A DNA stretch of 64,000 nucleotides from Antedon mediterranea (taxonomy: Eukaryota > Animalia > Echinodermata), in the NCBI RefSeq assembly GCF_964355755.1, contig NC_092675.1, positions 9,977,812-10,041,811 of the forward strand, written 5' to 3'. How positions within the stretch are numbered: position 1 is the stretch's first letter; every line of letters starts with the position of its first letter. Shown in pieces: positions 1-15,200 of this stretch. The notes under the pieces were generated by a model. It saw only the letters and a program-made list of their open reading frames with translations, did not search any database and was not told where the DNA came from. The translations under genes were made by a program, and so were the position numbers.

Positions 1-125
1 TTTCTTTTTTTACGATGTAGTATTTAATTTCATATTTCCCATGTTTGAAAGTTTTAATTAATTTAGATAGTACAGTAATAGAATATTGATATATATATAT
101 ATGCATTTGCTAATACATTTTACAG

Positions 126-221
126 TTAAGTCTCGTCCTCAACAAGGTCCTCCAAGACGTTCATCAAATCCGAGTGTGAACCGTTCGCAGCAAGCTGTTG
201 GGAAAGTGGCACTGATTAGTG
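126..221 (+). CDS. SORBS exon ([32 protein letters not shown])
   Basis: ttttacag|...G|gtgaga; 96 nt, phase 1-1, open frame. Confidence 0.75.
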
Positions 222-3200
222 GTGAGACCCATGTTTGCCGTTACAATGTGTTAACTTGCCTTGAATTAATGCAGTGCATGCAACAAACACAAATATTAAT
301 CAAAAATAATACAAAATTGCAAAATACAGTCAACTCTCTCGATATTGGACCCTGTGGGGCTTGCCCAAAATGCATGAATGAATGGCAGGTTTTCTAAATA
401 GAATTTTAATAGTACAGTAAAGGCAATCTAACAACAAGATGCTAAGCTCCAGGGATCAAATGGTTTATCTGTGGCTGCAACACAATCAGTTCCACGCCCC
501 TTAAAAGACACCTCGCCATTCGGAGAATAATGTACATAGTAGTGTACTGTTGGTATTTGTCGAAGCCAGATTTGTTTTAATGGAAAAAATTATGTTGGTA
601 CCTTTTAGACTGCAAGAAAAGTCTGATTTTGAGTTTCTGGTTTTCAGGACATTTTCAGTAGTATTTCACTATTGTATATTTGGGTCATTCTTCAGTGTCT
701 AAAATCGTGTCCCGATACTTTGGTGGGATGGAGACTGAAAATTCCTCATTAAAAAATAAAAATTCTTGACTTAAATCATAATCAACATTATTGTAAATAT
801 AATTAATTACATAAAACAAAGATAATTACATTGATATTGTTAATTTTTATAAAATGTTTCAGGCAACCCCCTAAAATCCTATGTCCCGATCGTACATCTT
901 CAATTTTATGATCGCCGTATATATTTGATAACAGGACTTTTGTTATCGAAAATATTGTAAAAAGTTAGTTAATCATGATTTCATGCGATTATATTCTTCG
1001 AAATACATCTCTACATACATTAAATCTCAAACTTTAAAGTTTTTGTTTGGAAAAAGCTTGTCCCGCAGTTTTGTGTCATTTCCGTCACATAATTTAAATG
1101 TGCCGTCTACAGTTTAATGAATGGCGGGGAAAAAAATTTACTGTGCGTTGTAAACATACGAAGATATTGAAATAAAACTAGCCGCACATCATTTTCAATA
1201 AAAGAGGAAAAAAGCTAATAAAACGAGGTTTTAGAAAAATTACAGTTGCGTACCTTTATTGAATGTCATATCCGAACGGTATAGAACTCATTAAATAATT
1301 ATAATTTCTGGTTTTTTTCAACTGGAAGTACAAGTTATTCATGGTATCCAGAAGTATGCAATCCGTCTCCGCTGTCAGACATGCCTACGATGTGATCCTA
1401 GGCTGTCCAATGTTAAATACATCATCTCTGTCACGGTCAGCTCCGTCACATTTCCCAATGTTTCGTTGTGACGGAGATGACGGCCCATGACGGATATGAC
1501 TTTTTGTTATTGCCAGGGCCTTTTTTTGTTTTATTATGTTATTACATTGTATATCTATGTGACTATGGTCAATAAACATAATCAAATCATATCTTAAAAT
1601 CATCTCGGTCACATGATTTTTTAAGTTCGTCATATCCGTCACGGTTTCATCTCCGTCACATGGATATTTTATCCTTTTAAATCCTAAGATATTTAAGTAA
1701 TGAACGCAATTATGTGGTATATTGAAATATAAACAATATTCTTCTACTATGTCAATGGATAGTAATATTAGTTCAACAGAATTTTGTAAAACATCAGTGA
1801 CAGTCATACTATTTTCTGAAAATTATTATTTTTTGGAATAGTAAATGGTTTTGAACGTATAACATCATACTAATAAATGTTAAAACAATCAATTTTTTGA
1901 TGAATAGAGACAAAAATAATATATAGTATCAAAGAATTAATAATGGAAATAATTTTATAATTCCTAAACCGTTATTTTTTCTATCTTTGTATATTCCATA
2001 AATGTGACGGAAATGACAGTAACATAGAACCATGTATTTATAAATACGAATAAAATACGAAATATATAATAAAGATTGCGCCAAACATACGCTTGCCATG
2101 TAATACATGTTCATTTATCTGAATAAACTTTTAAAATTTAAAAAATGCAAATTTTAAAATTGATTTTTTATAAACCTGAAATTAGACACTTACTGAAGAA
2201 TGACCCTCTTGTACAATATATTTATTATGGGACATTTGTCAATCAATGCCTCTTTGAATAATAATATACAATACATCATTTCTGTTGCATAGTATGTAAT
2301 GTATGAAATAGTTTTCAACTTTTTAAAATTTTACTCTTAATTTTCTTATATAATAGAATTCTAAATATCTGCACAATATGCATCACATGAATCTTCTGTG
2401 TTCAATGATATAGGAATTAATGCTGTGCAAAAGTTGTGCTGCTCTGTGGTATTAGTAACAAATTGTTATACTTTTTCTTAAATTACAATTTTTAATTCAG
2501 ATCCATCTGATCAGACTAAGTTGGAATTAGTGCAATTGCATGAAGTTGGAGGAAATGTGGTACATCGGGACCGTAACATCCATGTTGCACCCCAAGTTCA
2601 AGTAATTACAGGTAGGACTTAATTAATCTTCTATGAATATACTTCTTTTTATTACTATTGTACACAGTTCAAGACTATTAGGCAACGCCCAAACTTTCCA
2701 CAAAAGTTAATATAGTATTTGGAAAAATGTATTTATTAACACACCCGAGTAGATTCTTACCATTTGATTGGAGGATGGGTTGTATGACATTCAATAACTA
2801 ACTCCATTGAACTCTTACGTCATCTAGGGTGTAATTTTGTTATATGCCCGTTGAATTTTGTTGTATGAACATTCATTTTTGTTGCAATGAGCAACAATAA
2901 TACACAAAAGACGAGGCTGTTGACTCTCGTTAAAAATAGGGGTGTTATAAAATAAATAATGAATGTTTATTATTGAGCAAAGAACAAATAATTTAATTTT
3001 GGTGAAAGATAAAATGTTGAATTTCACCTCATAAATTTATTTGTACCATTGCAACATTCATTTATTTATGAAACATGCATATTTTGCAATACAAATCATA
3101 TGATTGTTTACACGTTTCTATTTATATGGATTAAATTCTTTGTAACCATGATTTATATAGCTAATATTTTGAATAATATTATGATTGAGATATTTTCAGT

Positions 3201-6200
3201 TTATTTTAAGTATATCGTAAGTTGAATAACCGCAATACAAGCATCACTTATTGATGTTTACTACGTAACAAACTATTAATAAAATGGATGTTGTGTCAAG
3301 GGAATTATAGTGACAGTAGTTACAAGCCAGTTGATGTATATAATCCTTGTTACCACACTACCTAAAAGAAATTGATATGCCATCAGTGTAATTCTCAATA
3401 AAATTGCAACTGGATATAAAATAATAAGTGATATTCTTCAATTGTCAAACATTTGTCAACATTTATAGCTTGCTAGTTCCAAAGATGATTGTTTTGTAAC
3501 TAACATTGCAGTGAAGACACAGAGATGCAGTCGCAGATGCATTTAATTATAAAACAGTGTCTGCCTCATATTTTTACATTATTATTTAGACTACTTATGT
3601 TTATAGAAGTTTTTATATTTTTTAATTTAATGCCATATTCAATTTCATTTGTGTCATAGTTATTGAAATCACAATTAGAAAACTAGATTTGAACTCGTCA
3701 CTACGGACGAGTTAGGTTATCCGCAGCGCAAACGCCACGTGCACGTCATACCGTGCACGTCATACGTTAGAATATTGCGCACAGAAAAACGATTATGCCA
3801 TTGAAAAAATGTTTGTGCGCTCTATTTTGTGTCATGTCTAAGTATATACAGTATAACACTGTATACATACTACATACAGTGCAGAATAGGTGAAAATAAG
3901 TGACCAAAGTTATTGACGCTTTTGGACATGATGACATCACAAAAAAAAAAATGTTAAATCATGCGAAAGATAATTGATTGACCTAGACAATATAAAAACA
4001 TGGGGGAAAATGAAATATGGATAAGTGGAGATGCGCTCTATTAAATGATTAAATGTGATGAGCTATGACGAAAGAGACAAAAATCCTCTATTTTATTTTC
4101 GAGTGGCCATACGATGACGTCACAATATTAGCCATATCAATGCATGATTCGATATCTACAATTCATCTACTTTCAGAATATGTAATAAAAAATAAAATTC
4201 ACCCTGTAGTTTAGAATCTATGACTGTTTAAAAAAAGGCATAATTTTGACGAATTGTTGAACTTTTTCATCAAAAACGCGCGCAAATTATCCAATTCCAT
4301 GTGCTCGTATGATGTGATTTTAAGTCAAAATTGTTTAAAAATTGGTAAAATTACTAGAAAAGGCTGGAAAAACATAAATCACGCAAAAAAAAGATGTTCG
4401 TTACCGCTACGTGCGCACCACGCGCGTAAAAATTTGCGTGTGTGTGGGAATTTTTGAAATGCTCAAAATGACATGAAACGCGTAGAAAGTTGATTAGAAG
4501 TTGATTTTTCGCAATTTAGAAATTTTAAACGCGCGTTACTTTTTGTGCAAAAATGCCATTTTTAATCCATAGAAAGTTTGCCCTTGATATGACTTAAATG
4601 TTCACTAAGTGTCATTACAAAATGACTTTTGGTTTGTAGTCTATATTAAATACACGCGTAACTTACGCCTGCGCGACTCTAAAGTAAAAAAACGAACGGT
4701 CCTGCACTTCTACAGATAGAGGTCAATCTTCTGACAAAGTTATACAATGTAATGTTGATAAGAATTTGAGATACACGTGACACAAAATTCTGGGAAAGAA
4801 GCCAAGTGCGGATAACCAATAATTCCAAACAAATGTTTTAAAAACCAATTAAATATACATAATATTAATGGAAGGTTAAAAAACATTTATTTATTTGTTG
4901 ATTGATCTTATTTTTAATAACATTTTTATTATTTTACAGATAAAAGTAAAATACCAAAAGGTGCTATCTATCAAAAACAAATCATAGAGGGCGACGTTGT
5001 ACATTATGATACTTACTACCCTGTAAAGGAGACAACAAGAACGTCACGAACCGTCCACCAAGAGAAGCCAGAATATTCTGGTATTGGACCCAGAGATGAA
5101 AGTGGCTTACCAGTAGGACTGCGACAGGTATTTTATTTATATTCAAAAATAGCTGTTTTTGTTGAATTTAGCATAACAGTTAAATTAATTCACAAATTCA
5201 TTTTAAAGGTCAATTCCACTTTTTTAACATCTTTTGTTTATTATATTGAATATGCGACCATATTGATAATTTATTCATTTTGCATACAATTTGAATTTCT
5301 ATCAATATGGTAGACATTATTATAGTTTACAGTATTGGTATATTTAATTTTCATTCTCTTAGCTAATTAGCTTCAGGATTTTAGAAGGCAAAACAGTAAA
5401 CTCCATCTAAAGTGCCACTACATTGGCAATTAACAAATCATTTATTTTTAAACTTTATTTAAAAAATTAAATATCCATCAATTTTTATTATTTATTATGC
5501 AAATTTGGACACAGCAAAAGGTAAACTATGCAATATTTATTGACTTTTAATTTATATATACCGGTACTATAATTCATATTTCAATAATTAAATTTAATTC
5601 TTAATTTGAGACAAAATAGAACTAAAATGAAGTTTAATTGGAAAATAATGACTTCAATATACTTTCATTGCAAAAGTTTTAGAATTTGATAAAGTATTTA
5701 ATAGAAATATTCATTTATGATATTGTATTATTCCTATATGATATAATTTTATTCACATTTATTTTTCAGTATCTTTGCAAATTCTTACTCATTAATTGTG
5801 ATAAAAACATTACATAACATTAACATTGTATAATTCTATAATAATAATATAATAAAAAAAAATCTGAATAGAAATTTCTTTAATTATAAAGTTTGTTAAC
5901 TTCTTCTTTTTTTCTGTAGCATGTAAAGGATGAGAATCGAAGCGACTGGTACAGACAAATGTACAAATCTATACATAAGATGGATAAGCCAGAGGGTATG
6001 TGTTCATTGATTGTCTTGAACGATAAAAAAATCAGTTATTCTTAACCGACTGTTTCAAAAGATTACAACTATCGGCAATTTCAAAGAGCAATTCAATTAC
6101 CAGCAAAATACATTTCCAATTTAAGTGGAATGATTTTGTTTTAGTTCATTTCGTTCTTTTCTTGTAGTTTGCCATCTTATTCCCAGTAGCCGTTGTCTCT

Positions 6201-9200
6201 TGTTTATTATAAGATTTATTTTCCTATAGGATCAATAATACATTTGATATTCTGTAACCTGAAGGCTTGCTTTTAAACTCTTCAACTTCCATGAACTATT
6301 CTGTAGCCTCATCTTGTAATTATTCCCAGTACTATTAAATGTATAAACTTTACTATTATTTGCTGTGAATGCAATAGGCCCACGGCAGAAATGTATGTTG
6401 TGTTGAAATATTAAATAATATCAGTATAGTCATACAGAAACTATTTCAGTGACCCAGGTTCATAGGTATGGTATGCATGGTAAAAAGAAATACTAACTAA
6501 TGAAATTAAAATTATGCATCATCTATTTTGTGTCGGCTGAGCAGGATAAAGCAGCAATAGCCTTCACTTTCTTGAGGGAGAGCTATAATAATGCACCAAC
6601 ATTTGTGGTGGTTAAGGCAGGGGTTCCACAAACCAATGATATACAATCAGCACATGTTCAACTTCTCGTCCATTGTTCTGGAGACAATCTTCTCAGATAA
6701 GGACATCTGGCTCGTGTGCACTTTCAAGAACCCAGTTCACCTTTCAGAAGGGTACTGTAGGGGTTACCCTGGTGGACTGGTCCATTCAGCCCCTGTCCTT
6801 GTGGACAGATGAACGGTGGCTTTTTGGTGGCAGCACTTGACACGAAGAGACCTTTGTTAGTTATTGTGTAGTCCACACCTGTACGCCTCAATTTAGCCCA
6901 GTTGGGCTGCAAGCCACAGCTTATTATTCTCCCACATTTATATCTAAACTTTTGTATCAAGACAGAATATTTGTAATTCTAAAAATGACATTGTTGTAAA
7001 CTTACGAACCACAAGCAAAACATAAAACCATTTCCTTGGAACAAATATGAATTAATTTACTGATACACACATTTACAATTTCCCATTTAATTTAAATTTA
7101 TATCCAAAGATCTGCTCTTAATCTTTAATGTTGTAAATAAACCTCAATATTCAACAAATATATGAAATGAAGCTGTAAAATATTGTGATTAAATTCCATT
7201 CTGCTCTTGTCAAAATACATTACTTTGTACATCTTTATTATTATGTTATTCCTATCATCAATTTTACTGCATCTAAATTTTAATAGAATTTTTGTAATGT
7301 AATGATACCAACACTCTAACACTCTAATTTTCTCTGATTCATCTACAGAAGAAGACAATAAGTACATGAGATTTTTAAGAGGTTAATAACATATTAGTTT
7401 ATAGTTCTAATTGTACACCTGTACTTTATGCATGCTTAATATTCTGCATGTTACTCAACAAAACAACATTGTTTATATCTAAAGCCCAAGCGTTGTACCA
7501 CGAGGCCTGACGAGTTGTCTAGTCGGTAAAAAATTTAACACTTTTGGTGTTCTTCCGATGACCTAAAACTATGCCCGACGCTGTCTCAAGACGACATGTT
7601 TTGGCTGGATTCAACTCGGACAGCACTGACCAGTCAAGACGTTTCGTCGGGAACCGTTGTACAACGCAGTCGAAGTTGGCCTTAATGCAGTCAGCTCTAT
7701 CAAACACTTGGACATCATTGGTCTGTCTGGAGTTTGAGTTGGTTTGCAACAAAATGATGGTTACTAAAACTTAAAATTAAACAGATTTAGTACATTTTTC
7801 AGTTTAAGCTTTTTTCACAATCTTTACCCTCCATTTTTCAGTTTAAGCATTTTCTGACAATTTTTTTTTCAGAGGCATGATATTTTTAAATTTTGTTTTA
7901 ATAAATTATTCATAGCATGTTTATGATTAAGTTAAGTTAATATTGCCACTTTTTATCGTATCTTATCCTTGTAAGTTCTTTTTTATGTGCATCATGTATG
8001 CAACCAGATACAACTGAATGTGAAGAAAGTATTTCGTTCATTGTAAAGCATGCACATTTTGTATGTTATAAAGTATTTAGCAGATAAAATGAATAACAGT
8101 GTACTCGTAATTACCCTATTTATTACATATTATTACATTGTTTTCCACAGAATGTGACCCGTATAGTCCTACATACAGTTTCCCTGATGATAGGAAAAGT
8201 GAAGATGGTAAGATTTTATATTGTTTTTTGTACTCTCTAATAAGGCACCTGCTCTGTTTGAACATGAATTTAATCAACTTATTTATCTCAGGGTATGCTT
8301 TAAGAATCTATGTATTTAAATTATTAACAACTAATTACAATTAGATCTAATAATTAACCCAAAAGCTATATGTTAAATTGTGGCCCTTCAGCACGAATAC
8401 ATACGGCCTTACCACATTGAAATACCGGTTTTCGTCAGATCAGACCATCTGGGAATATCGGGATGCTGTATATAGAGCTGGTCCTATTAGGCATTTGAAA
8501 TCAGCACTGCCCACTCTTATGGCAGCCTAATAGTATCTGCCTCAGAGGTATTAGCTTATGCCTCCCTGGCCTCTCCTCTGATCAAGGTGAGCACTGGAAA
8601 GAGAGAAGCCTTAACTGACATTGTCGTTTGCAATAGACGTCTGCCAATAATAAGCATGAATAAAATGTGCATTCTGTGGAATGCAGTAGTTTTCAAAAAA
8701 GAAACATTCCAAATAAATAAATAATGTAAAAAATAGAGCCTTTCTCCAGCTATGCAGAAAAGACTGTGTTTTTATTCTTAAGCATAAAATAATATGTTAT
8801 AGATTTGCATTTCTAGATTTGACAACATATTAGATGATACTGCCCTCATAGTTGAGAATGTACTGTGTGAATTAATATCGGTGTGCTTTATCTTACTAAA
8901 CCTCCATTGATGATTAAGCCTTTTAACTAAAATGGGTGTCTAGTATCAGAAAATGGTATAAATATGGTATATTAACATCTGAGTAAAATCTAAACATATT
9001 TTGTTGCCAAATTTTACACCTAGGTCATAGGGTTACTAGATGGAAGCACAGCATAATATTTTGCAATTTACTAATAAAACTGACATTTTTTGTAAAGAAA
9101 TTCTTGTTATTATTAATACAGCAAACTACTAATTTTATATATTTCTTAACTCTTTTCACTGTAACTAACATGGATTTCAGAAATTGTACAGACATTAGAT

Positions 9201-12200
9201 TTATTTATACCAATGGAAATGAAATCATCTTCCACTACCAATACTACTCCTACTAATCAGTTATCTTCTCTTAATAAAGGTGAGACACTAACATGTACTG
9301 ACACTACTATATTTAGCTTTGATTTAGTGTTAATGATAGCTTAGTAAGTTATAATTTTACATTTGAAAGTTTATCGCATAAGCATGTGATAATGTTTGTA
9401 TAAGTTAACCCAAGATACAACAATTTATAATCATACAGACTTTTAATCAAAATCAATAATAGATAAAAGGAATTTTTGCTTGTTTTATATATTTTTTATC
9501 ATCTTAATAAGGTATCGGCAATAACATAATTATTGTAATAGTTGTCGTCGTCGACGCCATCGTCATATACACATACGCAATAAATTTATCTTTAATAATA
9601 TTTGTTTGTGGTTGTTAAATTCAATTTGATACCAATTTTCTTACAGGAGAAGTGGTAATGAGACGTACTACGAAAGTCAACCCATCAGAAAGAGCGGATG
9701 CACAAAAAAAGAGGTACTCCGATGGCATATACCTACAGTATTTATCTAAGAAAGGGTAACATTTTGATTTTATCTCCCCTCCTTTTCTGGAAGCTTGCTG
9801 CAGTATCCGTGGCTGATTGCTATAAAATTGGGTCAACATTTAGAAGGGTGATGTTTGGCTTACTCAACTCATGATATTTACAATCAAGCCAGAAATATTG
9901 ATTTGCCTGCTTTCAAATATTTGTTTTTCTGAAGCTTAGTATAACTGACATGTAATCCATGCTGTATACAGGTATTATTGAAACCTGTACATTGGTATTG
10001 TATGATATTATACTATACTTTATAACGAAATGAATACAGAGTGAACGTTGTTTTGGATTGGTCAATTGATTTGTAGATCACAGGTCAAGTTTTTAGTTGT
10101 ATTAGGTCATCATGTTTCATAGAAAAACCTGATTACAATGTAAAAGGGTAGAGCATGAAGAATTTTAGATATAGGTCATTAATTTTACAGTGTTGTGATG
10201 CTTCTAAGGTAAAACATGAAACAAGTAATACAATCGCAATAATTTATTAGCATTGTAAACATATTTTCACAAATATCATGAGTTTTTTAAACCTTTACAT
10301 TGACTCTTTGGAATACATTGCTTTGATGTAAAACCTCTGTCTGGTGGCAGTCTGTGGTCTTGTATGTATAAATATTACAAATATTTTAAGTTAAATATTA
10401 AGTTTAATATATAACTTAAAGCAGAGCATTGGTTGGTTACTATGTTAACCAATAAGATTAAATATTTTTTAAGATGAGGGAGGATGTTGAGGTCGAGGTG
10501 CCCATATGACAAACAGTGATTCACTACCTAAATTATAGTAAATCACACAGTAACCATGCTTCTAAATTAAACATAGAAAAGATGATTGATTTAGTGCTAC
10601 TTTTCTAAATGCATGAAATTTCATTCAATATGATATATTGGCATGCTACATTTTACTGTTTATCACATCATTCCGTGTACTGTAAATGTTTTCTTATAAT
10701 GTATCTTATTTGCTTTTGGAAATTGCAATAATAAACTGCAATACTAGAAACTGACTATAACATTAACAAGAGCATTATCAACCTTAAGACATTACATTCA
10801 TCATTAAATACAGTATATGTCATTCTTTTATTCAATTCCATTTTGAACAAAAGATTTGCATTCATATAATTAGTTAATATTTTAAAATATTTTATTTTTT
10901 GTGAAGTAATGTACAAATAGATGCAAAGAACACAATAGACAGATACCAACAACAGCCTGGAAGTATACTTAACTATGTGCCTGGAAAATCATCCCTGTCT
11001 GAACGTGAGCGAAAGCATGTAAGTGAGCTGTGCATTGATTAATGAGAAGGTTGTAAGTGCAGTCCTTGTTGCAAACACTATGAGACACTAAATGTTAAGT
11101 GGTTATTTGTGAAGAAATTACAGAATGGTTCACTTAGTGCATAATCAAGTTTAGAAAACTGAGTAATAGAGTAATTTTTAGCCTCCTTAATAAATTTAGA
11201 GATTTTCCATTGCAACAGTATCTCATGATGTTTGTTTATAATATTTAAAATTGATTATTTTATAGCATCGCTTATTGTATATTGTTTGTTTTTTATACAT
11301 TTTAAATTAATTTTTAAATTTGTCCTTAATGTTTTAGCACAGAAAGTGTCACTCAGTATAAAGACAGAATAAATAAATAAATCCCAAGCAATTCAGTTTT
11401 TTTTTCTGATATTTTAAATAAAAAATAAATAAATAAAACGAATACAGCATATCAATTATATTTATAATGATTAATACCAATACCAATCCTATAGTTTTAG
11501 GTTTAAGTTTTGACCCCCCACACTACCAACATTTTGTTCATGATGACCATGTAATTGGCCTTAAGCTCTGTCTACACTATCAAACTTTACTATGTGACAA
11601 AATAATGTTATGTGCCCATATATGAACATGATGATGTCATATGACTACCATATTTTGGCATATGACTACCATATTTGGGCACATCAGATTTTTTTTGTCA
11701 AACTAGAGTGTAGACAGAGCTTTACAACAAGATTATTTCATTTCCAACTTTTGGAAATTGTTTTAAATACTAATATAATAATTTTATTTTATTCATTTTA
11801 GTCACTAGCACAAGAGCAATTCAATCCACCTCCAGAAGACACACAACCCAAGTTAGTATTTTGAACTTAATTTTTCCAACGAAAAACACATTTTGGCTGG
11901 AAAATGAATTTAGAGCAAATTATTGTAACAATGACAATAAATGACAATATAATTTATAGCGAGTCAAATGGCTGAGTGGTTAGATTCAAGGACAATTCGG
12001 CCCTGAGACGATTCGGCCCAGGACTTTTAGTGGGCTGAAACGTCTCACTTTAGACCAAATTCATATTCATTTTTTTGGTATTTATCCAGTTTTTAAAGGT
12101 GTTTAACAATCCGTATTTATTGATATTGACAATCTTGATATAATATATATAAAAAATTACTAAAAAAACTTAATTTTATATTCAATTTATTACTTCGAAA

Positions 12201-15200
12201 ACCCTGTTTATTTCGTGCATTCGCCAAGCGACCACCAACAAAGGGCGTACCTTGTTTACATCGTTCGCGTGACTAAGAAAATTAGTATTTTCGACAATGT
12301 TTTCAAAAGGTTTGCTTTATTGCATCTTTATCCCTAGTAGTACTACCCCATAGTCTCTCTGAAAATAAAGTTTGGGGAAAAAAGCTTATTTTATGCTTAT
12401 AAATGCATATCAAAGCTGATAAATTTAAGTGTGCCGAATCGTCTCAGGGCCGAATTGTCCCGGGCCGAATAGTCCTGGGCCGAATTGTCCCAGGGCCGAA
12501 TTGTCCCAGGGCCGAATTGTCCCAGGGCCAAATCGTCCCGGGCCGAATCGTCTCAGGGCCGAATCGTCCCGTTACCAGTGATTAAGGCAGGTGCGCTGTT
12601 TACCATATCTACAGGGCCAACAATAATCGGCATGGGCTCAAGGCCCACTCGCTGCTAGTTCTAGTGATGGAACAAGTCTTCTCAGATAAGGACTATAAAC
12701 CATAGGTCCTGTATTAGGACCACTATCTGATAGGACAGTGATTAATTTACTATTGGTACTTTTTGGCCACATGTCCCTAAAGACATTAAAAAAAAATAAA
12801 TAAATTGTTTGTAATGTGTATGACGATAGACTATTTTTATTGTTGTTTTTTCACAAGTAATTACTACTATAGAGTTGATCTGCAGATACAGCATTTGATC
12901 TTTGACCTAAAATATTGAAGAATCTAGAGGCAATGTTTATCCTTGGTACGCCCCCTATAATCTTGACATTAATCAAATTTTGACACAACTTTACACCCAA
13001 TTTATTCAAATCTGAATGTTAGATGTTTTTAATGTGTCATTATTTATACTTATGTGTCACACATACCCTTGCCCCATTTATTATATAAACTGAAAATCAA
13101 TAATCATAATCAAGAGTTTATCTTTCTTTCAAATGTATAAATCATCTAACGATCATTATTATTATGAAAAATGCCAATATTCCTATATAATGCAATTTTT
13201 TTTTTAGTTTTCAGTCTAAAACTCAAACCGCAAGAAAACTATATGCACCACCGCCAAATGCTTACACAGCCCCACAGCAAAAGCCACAACAGCAACCACA
13301 ACAGCAGCAGCAAGTAGTTCTAAAACCAAGTAAACCAGTGGGAGTAGATCATGGTGCTTATAAACAACTGATGCATGGAGGCTATATACCTGGAAAGGGA
13401 CTGCGGAAAACAGCAGCAGGTAGGACATTTTTTATAAATATAACATTTTTTGTACGTCCTTTAATTTGATAGAATTTCTTTCTGTAAAGCACAGCAGACA
13501 TTTTGTAAACGGAAAATCAGTAATAGAAAATCAAAAAAGGTTGATTTATAGTTATTTATCATTAAAGTATTCAAGGATTAAAAATGAATCTTTTTTTTCC
13601 AACCAAGGTCACACTTTATTGCATCAGTAATTGTAAAGAATAAGTTTAAAAAGCTTACAATTTGCACATTAGCCATGAGAAAATTAATGTCTTATTTATG
13701 TTTTGTTGAAAATAAGATCATCATAGAAGAATGATATAATGTGAGCATTATAGTATACTTTAAATAGAGAATTGATGAAATAGCCATGTTATAAACAAAA
13801 TTGATTTCTATATATTTGTCAATGTACATGTGTAGTGTGATTGTTTTTTTTTTTCATTAAGGAATTATTTGTTTATAATTACTACTAATCTATAATATTT
13901 TGTTCCTTCAAGTTCTCTACTAACAGAATCGTAAAAGGTTAAAAACACAATAACAGTTAACAATTACTAAATGTATACAAATAAAACATAAACAAAAGCC
14001 AAAATTTGTTGTTTAATTTTGTTATATATTTTTCTCTACTATAGAAGAATAAACACAATAAAAAAAGTTGTATGAAAGTTTATTGTTATATCGAATAAAA
14101 TAATAATTGTGCTTTTGTTTATATTTATTTGCTTATGATTCTAACAATATTTTCTTTTTCACAGACGCTAACACAAATCACAGTCTTAACCATCAAGCGT
14201 GTTTAGACAATGTTTCTAATTTTCACGAAAGAACTTTTAATAACCTTAGAAATAGTACTAATCCAGTAGAAATACCTAAACATAGCAAGACCAGTGGACA
14301 ATCATTTAGAAATACATCAAAATCTAAAAATGATCAGTTAACAATAACACAAAATATTGGACTTTTGTCTAATAAAGTTTCCACAAACTCTCAAATTACC
14401 AAATTTACTTCTTCCGTAATACCCACTCATGCATACATGTATTTTAATTTGCACAAATCAATAAGACTCTGGAATGCAATTAGCAAATCTAATTGTGTAT
14501 ACAACAATGGTTTCAGTGAGTTTGCTAAGGAGATGAACGGTTGCAGTGATGACATTTTAGTCTCACCATTTTTGCAGTCAGTTGTAGCTGAAGATATCTA
14601 TCCATCATGCTTCTCTTCCTCAGCTTTTCCAGCAAAAGCTGTTTCAGAATTTCCAAATATTGAAGGATCAATAGAGGAATTAAAGCTTCCACAATGCTCT
14701 TCCATGCTGTTGAAACCATCTTCTTTCAAAAGAAAATTATTAGAAGAGCCATTGAAATGCAGGTGGCACAAAGTATCGCCTACAAAGCAGTTGTGTTCAC
14801 TCGTACCTGATGGGCGTCTCACTTCTGAATCGGAACTTACTAAATTAAATTTGGCATACATCGATAAACTTGAGCACTGCAATATTACAGAAATGTACCT
14901 CCATAGTCTAGATGTAGAACATTTTAACAATTCTTTAAAGTCTCCTCCCATACAGAAAAAAACTGTGTGTTATCCTGTTCGTCCAGTTTTCCGAAAAGCT
15001 CGACCAATGTTAGGTGGTGCACCTCCACTAAATAAAGAAGTGCCTTCACAAACAGCACCAAAGACAGAATCAACAGAAGTATACCAAAAACTTGCCAATG
15101 AATCAGCCGAGCATTCTTCCAGAGACTGTAATCATTTAAACAGCAAAAGGGAGAATTTGTCGAAAGAAGGAGATAATAAACAAGAAGGTGAATTATCTAA

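Noticed and set aside
1385-1807. 140-aa ORF as a transposase
   Set aside because: No recognisable DDE or DNA-binding motifs; lies within the repeat-rich interior of a non-autonomous element
8817-8880. Possible extra SORBS exon ([19 protein letters not shown])
   Set aside because: The open frame is not phase-compatible with flanking exons, and the phase-1 reading hits TAG
12403-12585. GRIVP-repeat ORF
   Set aside because: Translation of the 15-bp subterminal array of a transposon
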